Positions 13,262-26,400 of a stretch of 64,000 nt of DNA are shown piece by piece. How positions within the stretch are numbered: the stretch's first letter is position 1; each line of letters starts with the position of its first letter. The DNA lies in NCBI RefSeq assembly GCF_964355755.1, contig NC_092675.1:1173812-1237811 (forward strand), written 5' to 3'. The notes under the pieces were generated by a model. That model did not search any database. It saw only the letters and a list, made by a program, of their open reading frames with translations, and was not told the DNA's origin. Source of the stretch: Antedon mediterranea. Lineage: Eukaryota; Animalia; Echinodermata. The translations under genes and the position numbers were made by a program.

Positions 13262-15759
13262 TTATAGCCTTACAAGACTCGTGAATATTATTAGAGTACT
13301 GTACTTATTAGGGTTCATGAAAATTACCTGTATATAGTACAGTACGTACAGTGCAAAGACACAAACTCTCCATTTTGGAAGTGAAGATTTAATCGTGTTA
13401 AAATCTTTATCATCAAGACAAAAGTCAAATATCTGTGAAAATTGAAATAAGGTAATCACTTGGGCATAAGCCATACATTATGGTACGTATTCCTTTAATC
13501 ACAAGTTATTATATCAATAAGTTTGGCCTGTTTGTTTAAACAATATTATTTTATTTAACAAACCTGGAAATTCTCAGCTATTCGTCCAGGGTTTACACTC
13601 TTTGGAATGGCTACCACATTACGCTGCACTTGAAACCTGAAAAGAAATTTTGAAAAACAGACAGGTAAAATTTTGTTTTTTTGCTCAATGATAAACAGAT
13701 ACCATAAAAATATCACTATTTATACACACAAACCTTAGAGCTATTTGGGCCACAGTCTTGTTATATTTCTTAGCCATCTCTACCAATTTAGGCTCAGAGA
13801 AAAGGTCTAAATCGCCTGGGTACTTTGCATTTTTATCGCCACAGCAAAGTGGACTGTATGCTTCAAACACAATGTCTTGTTCATTACAAAACATTACAAG
13901 TTCATTCTCTGGCAGGTAGGGATGAGACTCAACCTGTATAATAAATGATGTTGCTTTCGTTCAACATTATCTGTGTTTCACTTCAATATAATATGTAGTA
14001 TTACAAATGTATGTATAACATAGATAATAATATAAGGTATAAAAATGAGGGATTGTACTGGGAAGTGTTTAAACTACTGGGGCAGGGTGGGAGATAGGTA
14101 CCCTCAGGCTCTGCGTAGGTATATTTTCTAGTTTGTAATAACTGAATAATTGTACTGTTTTTATCCTAATCTGAAATAATAATTTCTTCATTTAATATTA
14201 ATAATAATAATAATAATAATATCCTTGATTTATATAGAGCATAATGTTGTGAAACCTCTAAGCGCTGTACATAAACTAATACGATTAAAGGGATTTCAAC
14301 CATGCTAAAAAAAACCCAAACCGAAGTAAGGAGATACGCCTTCGTCGCTAACCAGGGATCATTGAACACCAGTCGGTCATCCCGGACTCAGGCGGCACCC
14401 CCTGCCCTACTTTAATTAGATCTACAACAATCTAGGTGACATAGTAAAGGAGAAAAAAGGGATTAATATGCTTTTTTAACAAGTATGTCTAAAGAACCCC
14501 TAAAAAAGAGCCACCGACTGTGCATCTTTAATATATTAAAACCTCACTTGCAATACAGCTGGTTTGATTCGACAGCTGCTGCAAATATCTTCAATTTGTT
14601 TACTGTTGAAGTTTGAAACACCAATTGCTTTAACCAATCCCTCGTCCACAAGTTTTTCCATTGCATTCCATGTGTCTTTATAATGTACATCAGCATACAT
14701 AATGTTGTTATCAGAATCATATGGAAAAAAGGATCCTCCATTTCTATTAAATTCAAAATTTGCTAATTTTTTAAATAAGAAATAAAAAGACAGATAATGC
14801 AGTTTAATTGTTTTAGGAGACTACTTACTGAAAAGATATGGGATAATGCATAAGGTACAGATCCAAATAATCTAGTTGAAGATCATTGAGTGTCTCCATT
14901 AAAGCTGGTTTGACATCCTCTGGGGCATGTCTGGTATTCCATAGTTTGGAACACATAAATATTTCCTCTCTTGACAAATTCTAAGAGAGAAAAAAAACAA
15001 AATATCACAATCGTAAATGCCAAGTCAGTCTATCTTTTTAAGTTTGGGTTGAATAGAATAAACTGATCTGGCCACCAACCAAAAACCAAGGTAAATAGGT
15101 CAGTCTGATTCACCTTTAACACATTTGCATAGTGGAAAATAGGCTTAAAGATGTATTGTCCACGTGAAAAATATTTATTACACGTTTTTTGTTGAATATG
15201 CCATTATAATGTCGCATAATAGTTATCCACTTTGACTAAAAAATAGAGCAAAAAAAAACCATTTATTTACCAGTGAAAAAACTGTAATTTAAATAGTCAT
15301 AACAATAGTTTCATAAGTCAAAACACTAATTTTTTTCGTTTGTTTTTCTACAGAAGTGATTAACTTTGGAAACTACAAAAACTATTCAAAGTCAAATTTA
15401 ATTAATCTTCATTTTTCATGTTTTTGGAGGACAATACATCTTTAAAAGACGATGATTAACAAAAACATTTTTTTTTAAATGTAATCAAAGTAGCCTCTAT
15501 CCTCTTATCCAGAGCCTGTGGCCTCCTGTACCTTATCTTTTTTAATGTACTGTATTACCATATCTTTCATTGCAGCTTTTAGGGCTAGGCCCACTTCTTT
15601 TTCATTTTTATATACCATAGCACTATCAAAATGCCGGTAGCCCACTTCAAGTGCTGATCTGATTGCTACCTCAACTTGGTCAGGCTTCGACTTCCATAGG
15701 CCTAACCCAAGAAGTGGCATAGATGCTCCAGTATATAAATGTACAGTTTTCATATTCAT
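13262..15759 (-). CDS. aldo-keto reductase family 1 (AKR1A1-like), copy A; lacks terminal exon 7, possibly truncated or a pseudogene
   Basis: Exons 15759-15559, 14980-14829, 14743-14548, 13933-13734, 13636-13564, then 13432 to ~13328, with read-through to a stop at 13262. Motifs: [62 protein letters not shown]. No homolog of the GPDNKP...HPLY exon was found downstream. Confidence 0.8.
15149..15441. mobile_element. MITE with TTAA target duplication (Kolobok-like termini)
   Basis: TTAA|AGATGTATTGTCC ... GGACAATACATCT|TTAA; a related end occurs at ~17665-17685. Confidence 0.72.
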
Positions 15760-16492
15760 CTACTGTGATCTCTGTAGGCCTACTACTCTTACTAACAGCT
15801 AAAGAATAATAATAAGGATTAGTAGTATTGTATCATGAATGTTTTGATACTGCAACTTAGGGTGCTGCAACAACCAGCTGATAAAAGGTGAATGACCTGA
15901 GGATGGCTTATACGCGGTCACGCGCACCCCTGGATTGTGGATGAAAACATTGAGGGCAGCAGATGGTTAAAATAAAATTGACTGTACTCTAAATGTAACT
16001 ACAGTACAGTACTACAATAATGCTCAGGATACCATAAATATATCACTAATATTCAGTTCTGCCAATTTTATTTAGTAACAGTAAAGTATTAATACAGTAA
16101 TATAAAAACAGTATTCTTGACAATTTGCAGATGTTAAATTTATAATCTTGCTGCTCAGACAAAGAGCGGTAAAACTCTATATAAAATATATCAGAGATCA
16201 TATATTTTTTAACATTTACTAAACAAATTAAATATTTTAGATACAGTGTAATTAGTATTTCTTAAAAAATAAAATTTGAAAGTTTCTTTTAAAGAGTACT
16301 GTACTTTTAAGGCTTATGAATATTTATTAATATCTACACCAGCCTCATGAATATTTATTAATATCTACACCAGCCTCGTGAATATGAATAGAATACTGTA
16401 GTGCTGGGTCTGTACTAATAAATTAAATTTTTAATTTTGTAATACTTTTAAAATATTATACTTAAAGTGTATGTAGTATTTTTATTTTAAAA

Positions 16493-19400
16493 TCATTTAG
16501 ATTCCTTAGGCACATAGTGTGCATAGAGTGGATGATGTAGGTCCCTGGCAACTGGGCGGCCATCTTCTCCAATAATTGGCTTATTATCAGGTCCCTGGAA
16601 ATAAAACAAAATTGTATTTTAAACTTGTGAAAATGAGTTTCTTGTTCATAATCTAGAAAGGATATGAAATCTGCAAGAGTGGAAATGCTTGAATTTAGAA
16701 TTTGCAGACACTATACAATCACTACTACATGACAAATTGTTCACTTTTGAAAATGTTCCCAACTTCAACATTTAATGTTTACTTCATGATGTTCTATACC
16801 CTATAATACCTTTTTTCTATTCATACCTTATAAATATAGTAAAGCACATTTTGAAAAATATTGAAAATTTATTGGATTTAAAAGTATTGAAAGTGTATTA
16901 AATTATTATATTCAGAATTCTAAGCCCAAACTTTTACCAAATTAATATTGATTAAAATTAGGGAATAGACGAAACTAGCTTAATAATAATAGTATGGTAA
17001 TTAATTATTACTTTTTTCTTAAACTAATTTAATATCATATTTTTGAATAAATGTAGTTAAGAAATAAATTGTTTACCTTTTTAGCTCCAACACAAACTCT
17101 CCATTTTGGAAGTGAAGATTTGATTGTGTTAAAATCTTTATCATCAAGAGTAAAGTCGAATATCTGTGAATAAGAAGGTAAAAAAAGAACATAAAAATAA
17201 ACACATGATGTACCGCAAACCAAACTTTACTAAGGTAATGATTACATCCAAACCATTATCTGACAGAGGTGTTTCATAAATTTTGAATATATTCGAGTTG
17301 TAGCTCTCTTCTCGTAGAGAATAGGCCAATGTCGGTTTTTCCAGATAAGCTAGGCACGAAATAGACAAGGAAAGTATGTGATGTCTGCTTTTGGTGAGGG
17401 TTTTATCCATAACAAATTACATTTTGGCTTACTGATCATGGGATTAACTAGTTACATTGCTCAGTATTTTTGGATCAAAATTATTTTAAAGATTTTGTTG
17501 AACAGGCCATTTAAATTCTCATAATAAAGAAATTGGATCGAAAACTAAGAAAAATCGTCTGGAAGTTAATGTGTTTTTGGTACTGTTTATTTGCAAGTAA
17601 GCAACTTTATTAAAACTAAAAAATGGCATGTTCAAAGTTTGATTTTGTTTTAAGTTTTATGTTTTGGGGGACAATACACGTTTAAATAAAATAGTTGTAT
17701 TCAACAAACCTGGAAATTCTCAGCTATTCGTCCAGGATTTACACTCTTTGGAATGGCTACCACATTACGCTGAACTTGAAACCTGAAAAGAAAGGAAATT
17801 TAGAAGGTAGTATTTCATGTGACTTCACTTTTAACAAGGTTTGCTCAATGATAAACAGATATCGTAAATATCACTATTTATACACACAAACCTTAGAGCA
17901 ATTTGGGCCACAGTCTTGTTATATTTCTTAGCCATCTCTACCAATTTAGGCTCAGAGAAAAGGTCTAAATCGCCTGGGTACTTGGCATTTCTATCACCAC
18001 AACAAAGTGGACTGTATGCTTCAAACACAATGTCTTGTTCATTACAAAACATTACAAGTTCATTCTCTGGCAGGTAGGGGTGAGACTCAACCTGTATTAA
18101 AAAAGAAGTACCTTTATTAACATGATAATGTGTTTGATTTTAATATAATAAAATATGTGACTTCAATAATTACAATGACTTTATACTTTAAGTATTTTAA
18201 ACTCAGTCATAATACATATACAACATAGGAAATGTCACTTGTCTTGTTATACCAATGATCATAATCAACATTTTTATTAAATACATTGATCAAATATATT
18301 GATCAAATAAGAATAAGATACATAAAAGATATGTTTTATCAAATAGTCCATGGGATTTAGACTTTTAAATCAAATTGCAATGAAAGGTTTTTTGATGAAA
18401 TGTTTTCTTTATCAACGTTAGGACTTTTTTTGACAACGGGAAGTAGCCTCTTTGCATAATAAAAATGGTGGACATTTTTAATAATTACTCTATATCTTAA
18501 AAACCTTGGTCAAAGTGATTCAACATAGTGTTAAACAAAGGTGCTGAAATGGACCAGAGCACTTGGGTAGACATGTTCTACACCAGAACTATGACAGAGA
18601 AGTGACTTGAACCTGTGATGGTATTGGTTCGGCCACTTGATGACTCAAATAAAAATGACAGAGAAGAAATTACTGTTATCAATGAAACAAACATCTGTTG
18701 TGATTGTATAAATAACAATTATTTGTGCTGTTATGCAACACAAACCAAACGTACGTATTGATTTTATGAAATGAAATTTTACCAAACTAGTAATAATGTT
18801 GACATACTGTAGATACTTTATCTGCATAAATTAAGAACGAATGATGATTTCAAATAAAGTAACAATAATATGTGTAGGCCTAGAGTTCCCAAATAACTGG
18901 ACTGGACACTTTTAAGCAAAACATATCATTGTTTTTTGGTTATAAATTAAACAAAGCCTGGTTTTGTGATTATGTATTCATCAGTGTTGTTGCAAATCAA
19001 ATTGTTAGGTGTGATTGTGGAAGATGTCTGGTTATTTTATGTATTCATCAGTGTTGGTGCAAATCAAATTGTTAGGTGTGATTGTGGAAGATGTCTGGTT
19101 ATTTTATGTGTTCTTCAGTGTTGGTGCAAATCAAATTGTTAGGTGTGATTGTGGAAGATGTCTGGTTATTTTATGTATTCATCAGTGTTGGTGCAAATCA
19201 AATTGTTAGGTGTGATTGTGGAAGATGTCTGGTTATTTTATGTGTTCATCAGTGTTGGTGCAAATCAAATTGTTAGGTGTGATTGTGGAAGATGTCTGGT
19301 TATTTTATGTATTCATCAGTGTTGGTGCAAATCAAATTGTTAGGTGTGATTGTGGAAGATGTCTGGTTATTTTATGTATTCATCAGTGTTGGTGCAAATC

Positions 19401-21371
19401 AAATTGTTAGGTGTGATTGTGGAAGATGTCTGGTTATTTTATGTGTTCATCAGTGTTGGTGCAAATCAAATTGTTAGGTGTGATTGTGGAAGATGTCTGG
19501 TTATTTTATGTATTCATCAGTGTTGGTGCAAATCAAATTGTTAGGTGTGATTGTGGAAGATGTCTGGTTATTTTATGTGTTCATCAGTGTTGGTGCAAAT
19601 CAAATTGTTAGGTGTGATTGTGGAAGATGTATGGTTATTTTATGTGTTCATCAGTGTTGGTACAAATCAAATTGTTAGGTGTGATTGTGGAAGATGTCTG
19701 GTTATTTTTCTAGTTTAATTCTTTTTGTGTTCAGTATGTATTGTTATATGAATATACTATCTGGAAAAATAAAGGAAATGATTGAATGAATTCAACGGTG
19801 GCTTACAGCTCTGTCTACACCATTAAACTATATGTGACAAAAAATGTGATGTGCCCATATATGGACATGATGGTGTCATATCACTACCATATAATTTTGG
19901 GTATTTCACCACCATATTTAGGCAATTCACACTTTTTTGTCACACTAGCTTGATAGTGTAGACAGAGCTTCACAAAATTTACAATAAATTGAATTTGTAC
20001 ACAGATTTTGTGATTTTTATTCCCTATACAATACTATTTGTACTGTACTGTGTATTTATTCTAAAATATTGATTAACTTCATAATTATTAAAACCTCACT
20101 TGCAATACAGCTGGTTTGATTCGACAGCTGCTGCAAATCTCTTCAATTTGTTGACTGTTGAAGTTTGAAACACCGATTGCTTTAACCAATCCCTCGTCCA
20201 CAAGTTTTTCCATTTCATTCCATGTTTCTTTATAATGTACATCAGCATACATAATGTTATTCTCAGAATCATATGGAACTAACGATCCTCCATTTCTATG
20301 ACATGATAAATTAATCAATTAATTACCAGAATATATAAAGATAGATCCTTTGTGCTGAGATAATGATTAAAAATGAATTATAAACGGAAAATTTAAAACA
20401 AATACAGTATGTATTTTTTAATGATTATATAATAAAATAGATTTATTTCAATTTAAAAATATAATATTTTTGTCAATTTCAATAGACATATGGATATGTA
20501 ATTTTTTTTTTAAAGAACCTTAAACCTTACTGAAAAGCTATGGGGTTATGCATCAGATAGAGATCTAAATAATCCAGTTGAAGATCATTGAGTGTCTCCA
20601 TTAAAGCTGGTTTGACATCCTCTGGGGCATGTCTGGTATTCCATAGTTTGGAACACATAAATATTTCCTCTCGTGCCAAATTCTGGAAAAAAAACCAAAT
20701 ACAATAATTAACACCAATTAAAAGGATGATAAGAATTAGATATAGGCCTAGGGTCTGATTTGTAAGTTGAAGAATGACCTAGGATACAGTATATCTCATG
20801 TTTTAGCCATGGCATTCCTTTGTCTGTTATACCTTGCATTTTTTAATTATTTGTAAATAATATTAATATACTCAAAATTTTATTGATTGTAATAATTTAT
20901 TTATGCATTTAAAAACATATATGAAACTCATTGATGCTCCATACACTGTGATCAAAATGTAAAAGGAATAGGCCTAGGCCTATTGTCCTGCAACATGGCC
21001 ATGCAGACGGGTATACACTCAGTCTAGTGATACATTGTCAGAATTGAGAAGCAACATTTTATTTTCAACATTTAGTAAACTGTGCCGACACCACTTTTGC
21101 ACATCAAAACTACAACTATCCAACAAATCAGCCAGTATCTAATACTTAAAAAAAAAGACTGTTACCATACCATATCTTTAATTGCGGCTTTTAGGGCTAG
21201 GCCCACTTCTTTTTCATTTTCATATACCATAGCACTATCAAAATGCCGGTAGCCCACTCCGAGTGCTGATCTGATTGCTAACTCAACTTGGTCAGGTTTC
21301 GACTTCCATAGGCCTAAACCAAGAAGTGGCATAGATGCTCCAGTATATAAACGTGCAGCTGTCATATTCAT
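16493..21371 (-). CDS. aldo-keto reductase family 1 (AKR1A1-like), copy B, complete 7-exon CDS
   Basis: Exons 21371-21171, 20682-20531, 20295-20100, 18091-17892, 17782-17710, 17163-17077, 16594-16493. Catalytic D/Y/K/H residues are present. The C-terminus [16 protein letters not shown] resembles the AKR1A1 tail. Confidence 0.9.
18970..19707. repeat. 67-bp minisatellite, ~11 copies (AKR copy B intron 3)
   Basis: Unit TTCATCAGTGTTGGTGCAAATCAAATTGTTAGGTGTGATTGTGGAAGATGTCTGGTTATTTTATGT(A/G); the ORF track repeats every 67 nt. Confidence 0.95.
19807..19970. mobile_element. MITE family 1 (TIR AGCTCTGTCTACAC, PIF/Harbinger-like), best-preserved copy
   Basis: Terminal inverted repeats AGCTCTGTCTACAC...GTGTAGACAGAGCT with internal ATATCACTACCATATTTGG units. 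At least 8 copies in the window: ~2410, 2738, 9733, 10068, 10703, 19807, 36877, 55626. Confidence 0.75.
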
Positions 21372-22295
21372 CTACTGTAATACTAATAATAATATTGCTA
21401 AAGAAAAATATATTCTACAATAGCAATTATATCATTTATTATGTTGATACTTGTTAATTAAAAAGTAACGTGTAGGCCTACGTGTCTCATGTGCAATGAA
21501 TAGCTAGCAGCAGCTGAAGCAGCAATGCGTATGAATGACCTGGGGATGGTTTACACGCCCCTGGATTTTGGAATTAAGAAAACGCGAGGGCAGCAGGAGA
21601 CCTAATTACGTTCATATAAAATAAAATCAAAAGTCAAACTTTTTTTAATTGTTAGCATTTAATGTGAATGAATAATTTGTTGCCAAGTTAGTAAACATAT
21701 ATCATTTAACTTAACACAGTTTTCGATGTCTGGCGAGTTATTGTAAAGGTATTACACGGATTCTATGTAGGCCTAATTCTAAAATTGCAACAAGCACACA
21801 CTGATGTATATAGGAAACAGAGCAATGACACATCATGGTTAGATTCCATTACCATTTTAGTATTAGATATTTTCCGATTGAAGTTACACAATTGGATTAC
21901 AATTAATGCATAGTTATGGACTTATGAAATAGTATTTCGAAGACACGAATTAAAAAAAATGTCCCTCCGTTATAATATAATAGTCTTTAATTACTGTCCG
22001 TATTCATCAAAGTCCGTTTTAATAGTTTAATGTTTAAACAATGATTTGTACAAATATTCTCCATGTATAATGTATGCAAGTAATTACAATAATTGCAAAT
22101 GATTAAAAATACATACTATATTAACAGAGAATTAACCCACAGCCGTGTTTGTGACAAAAAAAAGAATAAAAATGCATGTGAAATCGTAATAAATCTATGA
22201 CAATCAGAGATGAATTCTGAAATATACAGAAATTCAATGACATTATTTAACGAAAATTCTATAAAAAAAATCTAAATAGCAAATAAGTATAGACA

Positions 22296-22706
22296 TAGAC
22301 AATACATTCACCACATTAAAAAAACAGTAGGGCCTACCGTAAACCATTTGTAATAATAATACATTCATCACATAAAAAAAACAGTAGGGCCTACCGTAAA
22401 CCATTTGTAATAATAATACATTCATCACATTAAAAAAACAGTAGGGCCTACCGTAAACCATTTGTAATAATAATACATTCATCACATTAAAAAAACAGTA
22501 GGGCCTACCGTAAACCATTTGTAATAACAATACATTCACCACATTAAAAAAACAGTATAGGGCCTACCGCCGTAAACCATTTGTAATAATAATACATTCA
22601 TCACATTAAAAAAACAGTAGGGCCTACCGTAAACCATTTGTAATAACAATACATTCACCACATTAAAAAAACAGTAGGGCCTACCGTAAACCATTTGTAA
22701 TAATAA
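22296..22706. repeat. 57-bp minisatellite, ~7 copies, just 3' of the AKR copy C stop
   Basis: Unit AATACATTCATCACATTAAAAAAACAGTAGGGCCTACCGTAAACCATTTGTAATAAT. Confidence 0.93.
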
Positions 22707-22767
22707 CCCAAATTATATAAATATGATAATAGTATTGATAGATAATAATATATAAAAGTTAACTAGA

Positions 22768-25452
22768 TTATTTAGGCTCATAACGAGAATGCAATGGATG
22801 ATGAAGGTATCTATCAACTGGGCGGCCATCTTCTCCAATAGGCCTAATAGGTTTATTATCAGATCCCTGTAAATAAAACAAAATCATATTTTAAAGGTAA
22901 AAGTGTTAGATGACTACAATATGTTATATTATATATATCATTCATATGTTTCATATTTTATTCGAGGATCCTTAATCATTAATCAGTTCCCACATTAAAG
23001 ATGGTTATGAATGAATGAATAAATGAGGGAGCGAGCGAGCGAACGTATAAATAAGTAAATGATACAACAATGTTACTTAATGTTCTTTTATACTATTATT
23101 CTATTTTTAAACAATTTCTGTTGATCATGGGAGTATGATATTTTACCTTGATATGGTAATTTACTGGATTTACTGCATTTGTCAATTTTAAATTATTTTA
23201 ATTAATATTAATTATCTTAATTTAAAATACATTAGATTCTATTTTGCAAAAAAAAAATGTTTAGAATAAATAAATAAATTACCCTTTTGATAGAAATACA
23301 AACTCTCCATTTTGGAAATGAATATCTAATTGTACTCATATCTCTATCATCAAGAGTGAAATCAAATACCTGTGTAAACAAAACAGAAACAATTAGAATA
23401 GCTTAAGAGTGAAATCAAATACCTGTGTAAACAAAACAGAAACAATTAGAATAGCTTAAAGTAATAATTGCAACACAATATACAAATTACTAATATTACA
23501 TTTTGTTAGTTTTCTCCATATGACGTTTGGCTTTCTATGTTGAATTACATTATCAATTAGCATACGAATCAGGAAAGAATCACTACAGTACAGTATACTT
23601 TTTAAATAAATCACTCATATTCCAAAGTCAGCAGTATAGGTATTAGTAACGATACGTATACACTTATTTCATTCCAATATTTATTGTATTCAACAAACCT
23701 GGAAATTCTCAGCTATTCGTCCAGGATTTACACTCTTTGGAATGGCTACCACATTACGCTGAACTTGAAATCTGAAAAGAAAAAAAAAACAGAATATAGA
23801 AGGTAAAATTGATGTCGTATAGGCTTCGGTTTCTAAGAAGGCTCTATATGTCTAATGTCACACAAACCTTAAAGCTATTTGGGCCAAAGTCTTGTTATAT
23901 TTCTTAGCCATCTCTACCAATTTAGGCTCAGAGAAAAGGTCTAAATCGCCTGGAAATTTGTCATTTTTATCGCCACAGCAAAGTGGACTGTATGCTTCAA
24001 ACACAATGTCTTGTTCATTACAAAACATTACAAGTTCATTCTCAGGCAGGTAGGGATGAGACTCAACCTGTGCAATAAATAAAGTATTTATGTGTGTATA
24101 ATACTGTTATACATAATTATTCTTATTATTATTTTTCTTAAATATTTAAAAACTATGTTCATTTTTAAATAAAATATACCAATGCTTAAACATGTTCCTT
24201 TATTGTATGAGCATGTAGCAATGGTACAGTTTTAATAAATGTAATACAGGTATATCTATATTAATTATATACACTAGAAAACTTTAGAAATGTGTTAGGC
24301 AATAATAATTGGCCAAAGTTTACTAATGTAGAGCAGTTGACAAACTTCGGCAAACTGCAAAAGACTAGCTTGCGAGAGTTAGGTTATGCACCTTTTTGAA
24401 CAGTATGGTGGCCTATGTTCTTAATCATGATAATAAAACCAGTAACTAAGTTTGCTGATATTTGTGAACTCAGTGAATCAAATTACAGCTTTGAAATTTT
24501 GATTCTGCAGGTGGACAGTACAAAAAGACACACTTTTAATTTTAAAACCTCACTTGCAATACAGCTGGTTTGATTCGGCAGTTGCTGCAAATATCTTCAA
24601 TTTGTTTACTGTTGAAGTTGGAAACACCAATTGCTTTAACCAATCCCTCGTCCACAAGTTTTTCCATTGCGTTCCATGTGTCTTTATAATGTACATCAGC
24701 ATACATAACGTTACCATCAGAATCATACGGAACAATTGATGCTACATTTCTATAGAATTACATTTATGTTTAGTTTTTTCCCGTAATGTTTTTCTAATTA
24801 TTTTATTTAGCCTAAATTCCTCCGATTTTATTTTCTCTAGAACAGTAAAAGCCAGATGCAAAAATAATATAATTACTCTAAAATTATAATTTAAAAAAAA
24901 TAATAACAATAAACATGCAATATTTCTTTAAATCAAAACCTTGGGTCAGTTTCCTTACTTGAAAGCTATGGGGTTATGCATCAGATAGAGATCCAAATAA
25001 TCCAGTTGAAGATCATTGAGTGTCTCCGTTAAAGCTGGTTTGACATCCTCTGGTGCATGTCTGGTATTCCATAGTTTGGAACACATAAATATTTCCTCTC
25101 TTGTCACATTCTATTAGGAAAACACAAACAAAAGGGACAAAATAGGTCAAGAATAATAAGCATACGCAAATATTGTTATTATTTTTGACTGATATCTAAT
25201 ATTTGAATTTGTAAGTAGGACTATAGTAAAAAAAAAGTACTGTTACCATACCATATCTTTAATTGCGGCTTTTAGGGCTAGGCCCACTTCTTCTTCATTT
25301 CCATATACCATAGCACTATCAAAATGCCGGTAGCCAACTTCAAGTGCTGATCTGATTGCTAATTCAACTTGGTCAGGCTTCGTCTTCCATAGGCCTAAAC
25401 CAAGAAGGGGCATAGATGCTCCAGTATATAAACGTGCAGCTGTCATATTCAT
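22768..25452 (-). CDS. aldo-keto reductase family 1 (AKR1A1-like), copy C, complete 7-exon CDS
   Basis: Exons 25452-25252, 25110-24959, 24749-24554, 24067-23868, 23771-23699, 23369-23283, 22866-22768. Exons 1-6 have the same sizes and phases as copy B, and the frame is open to TAA. Confidence 0.9.
23352..23457. repeat. exact 53-bp tandem duplication spanning the AKR copy C intron 5/exon 6 junction
   Basis: AAGAGTGAAATCAAATACCTGTGTAAACAAAACAGAAACAATTAGAATAGCTT x2. Confidence 0.92.
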
Positions 25453-25809
25453 ATTGTAAATGCTGTATAATTGCTAATGAAAACACAATATATAATACTA
25501 TTTATTGTTTTTATAGAACTCTATTTGACCAATTAGAGTACTGAAATATTAAGAGGTGGTATCATATTGAATATCCATGCTAACATTTAAAAAAATAATA
25601 ACAGGGGGTTTTCTACTTTTCCAAGCTATGCATTTTTAATGGAAATAAAGAAGGGTAACCAATAAAATCATTGGAATCTTGACAAGTGACTGTCTTTAAC
25701 AAATCAGATTACTAGAATCTTGTGAACTGGTTTTAACCAATGAGATTATTGAAAACTTTTAACCAATGATATTTCCACGGAAAGCTGCAAGGAATAGAAA
25801 AACGTAGAT

Positions 25810-26400
25810 TTTACCTTACACTTGGAGAATCTGTTAAATAAGGAAACCGTATTCTATACAATCAAGCCTGTATGACGTGACAAACTTTTGCCAAGCGAAC
25901 AATGTGATCCCCAATCCCAAGAAATGTACTAGTAGTATACTGAGGATTAATTTCTTTATTAGTAGGAGCTTCTCCCTTAGTGGCACTGAACTCCAAGTTG
26001 TGGCCAATGCCGGCCGCACTTAACGATGAAATGTAATTATTTGAGTTACATTCGCCCTGTATTGGAGTAGGCCTACGCTTGCTGTAAAAATGGTGCTATC
26101 ACACAACGTCATATCTACCTTTATTGAATGTGTTCAAAAAGTAAAGAATCCTAACAATTATCCTTGGCCCTAACTATATAGTTCGTATAAATTAGCATTC
26201 GAACGTTTAAATTTACCTTCGCTTGAAGTCAGACGTAATTCTTTTGTACTGACATTTAGCAAGAAGTTGTGGAAGTCGGGGAAATATAGTATTCCTTGTG
26301 TGCTCCGAAGCAATGGACCAAGATACTACCAATTCAAACCGAGAACCGAAAGAATTAAAAATCACCCATCCTTACAATACGGTAGTTAATATATTCTAAG
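25810..26400 (+). mobile_element. decayed LINE (CR1/L2-clade-like) ORF2 3' remnant
   Basis: Broken translation fragments LQSSLYDVTNFCQANNVIPNPKKC, YIRPVLE(Y)AC, IECVQK, AFERLNLPSLEVRR and PRTERIKN are typical of the region after the RT domain of LINE ORF2. Confidence 0.7.

Noticed and set aside
19015-19678. Eight overlapping 64-aa ORFs
   Set aside because: Periodic translation of the 67-bp repeat.
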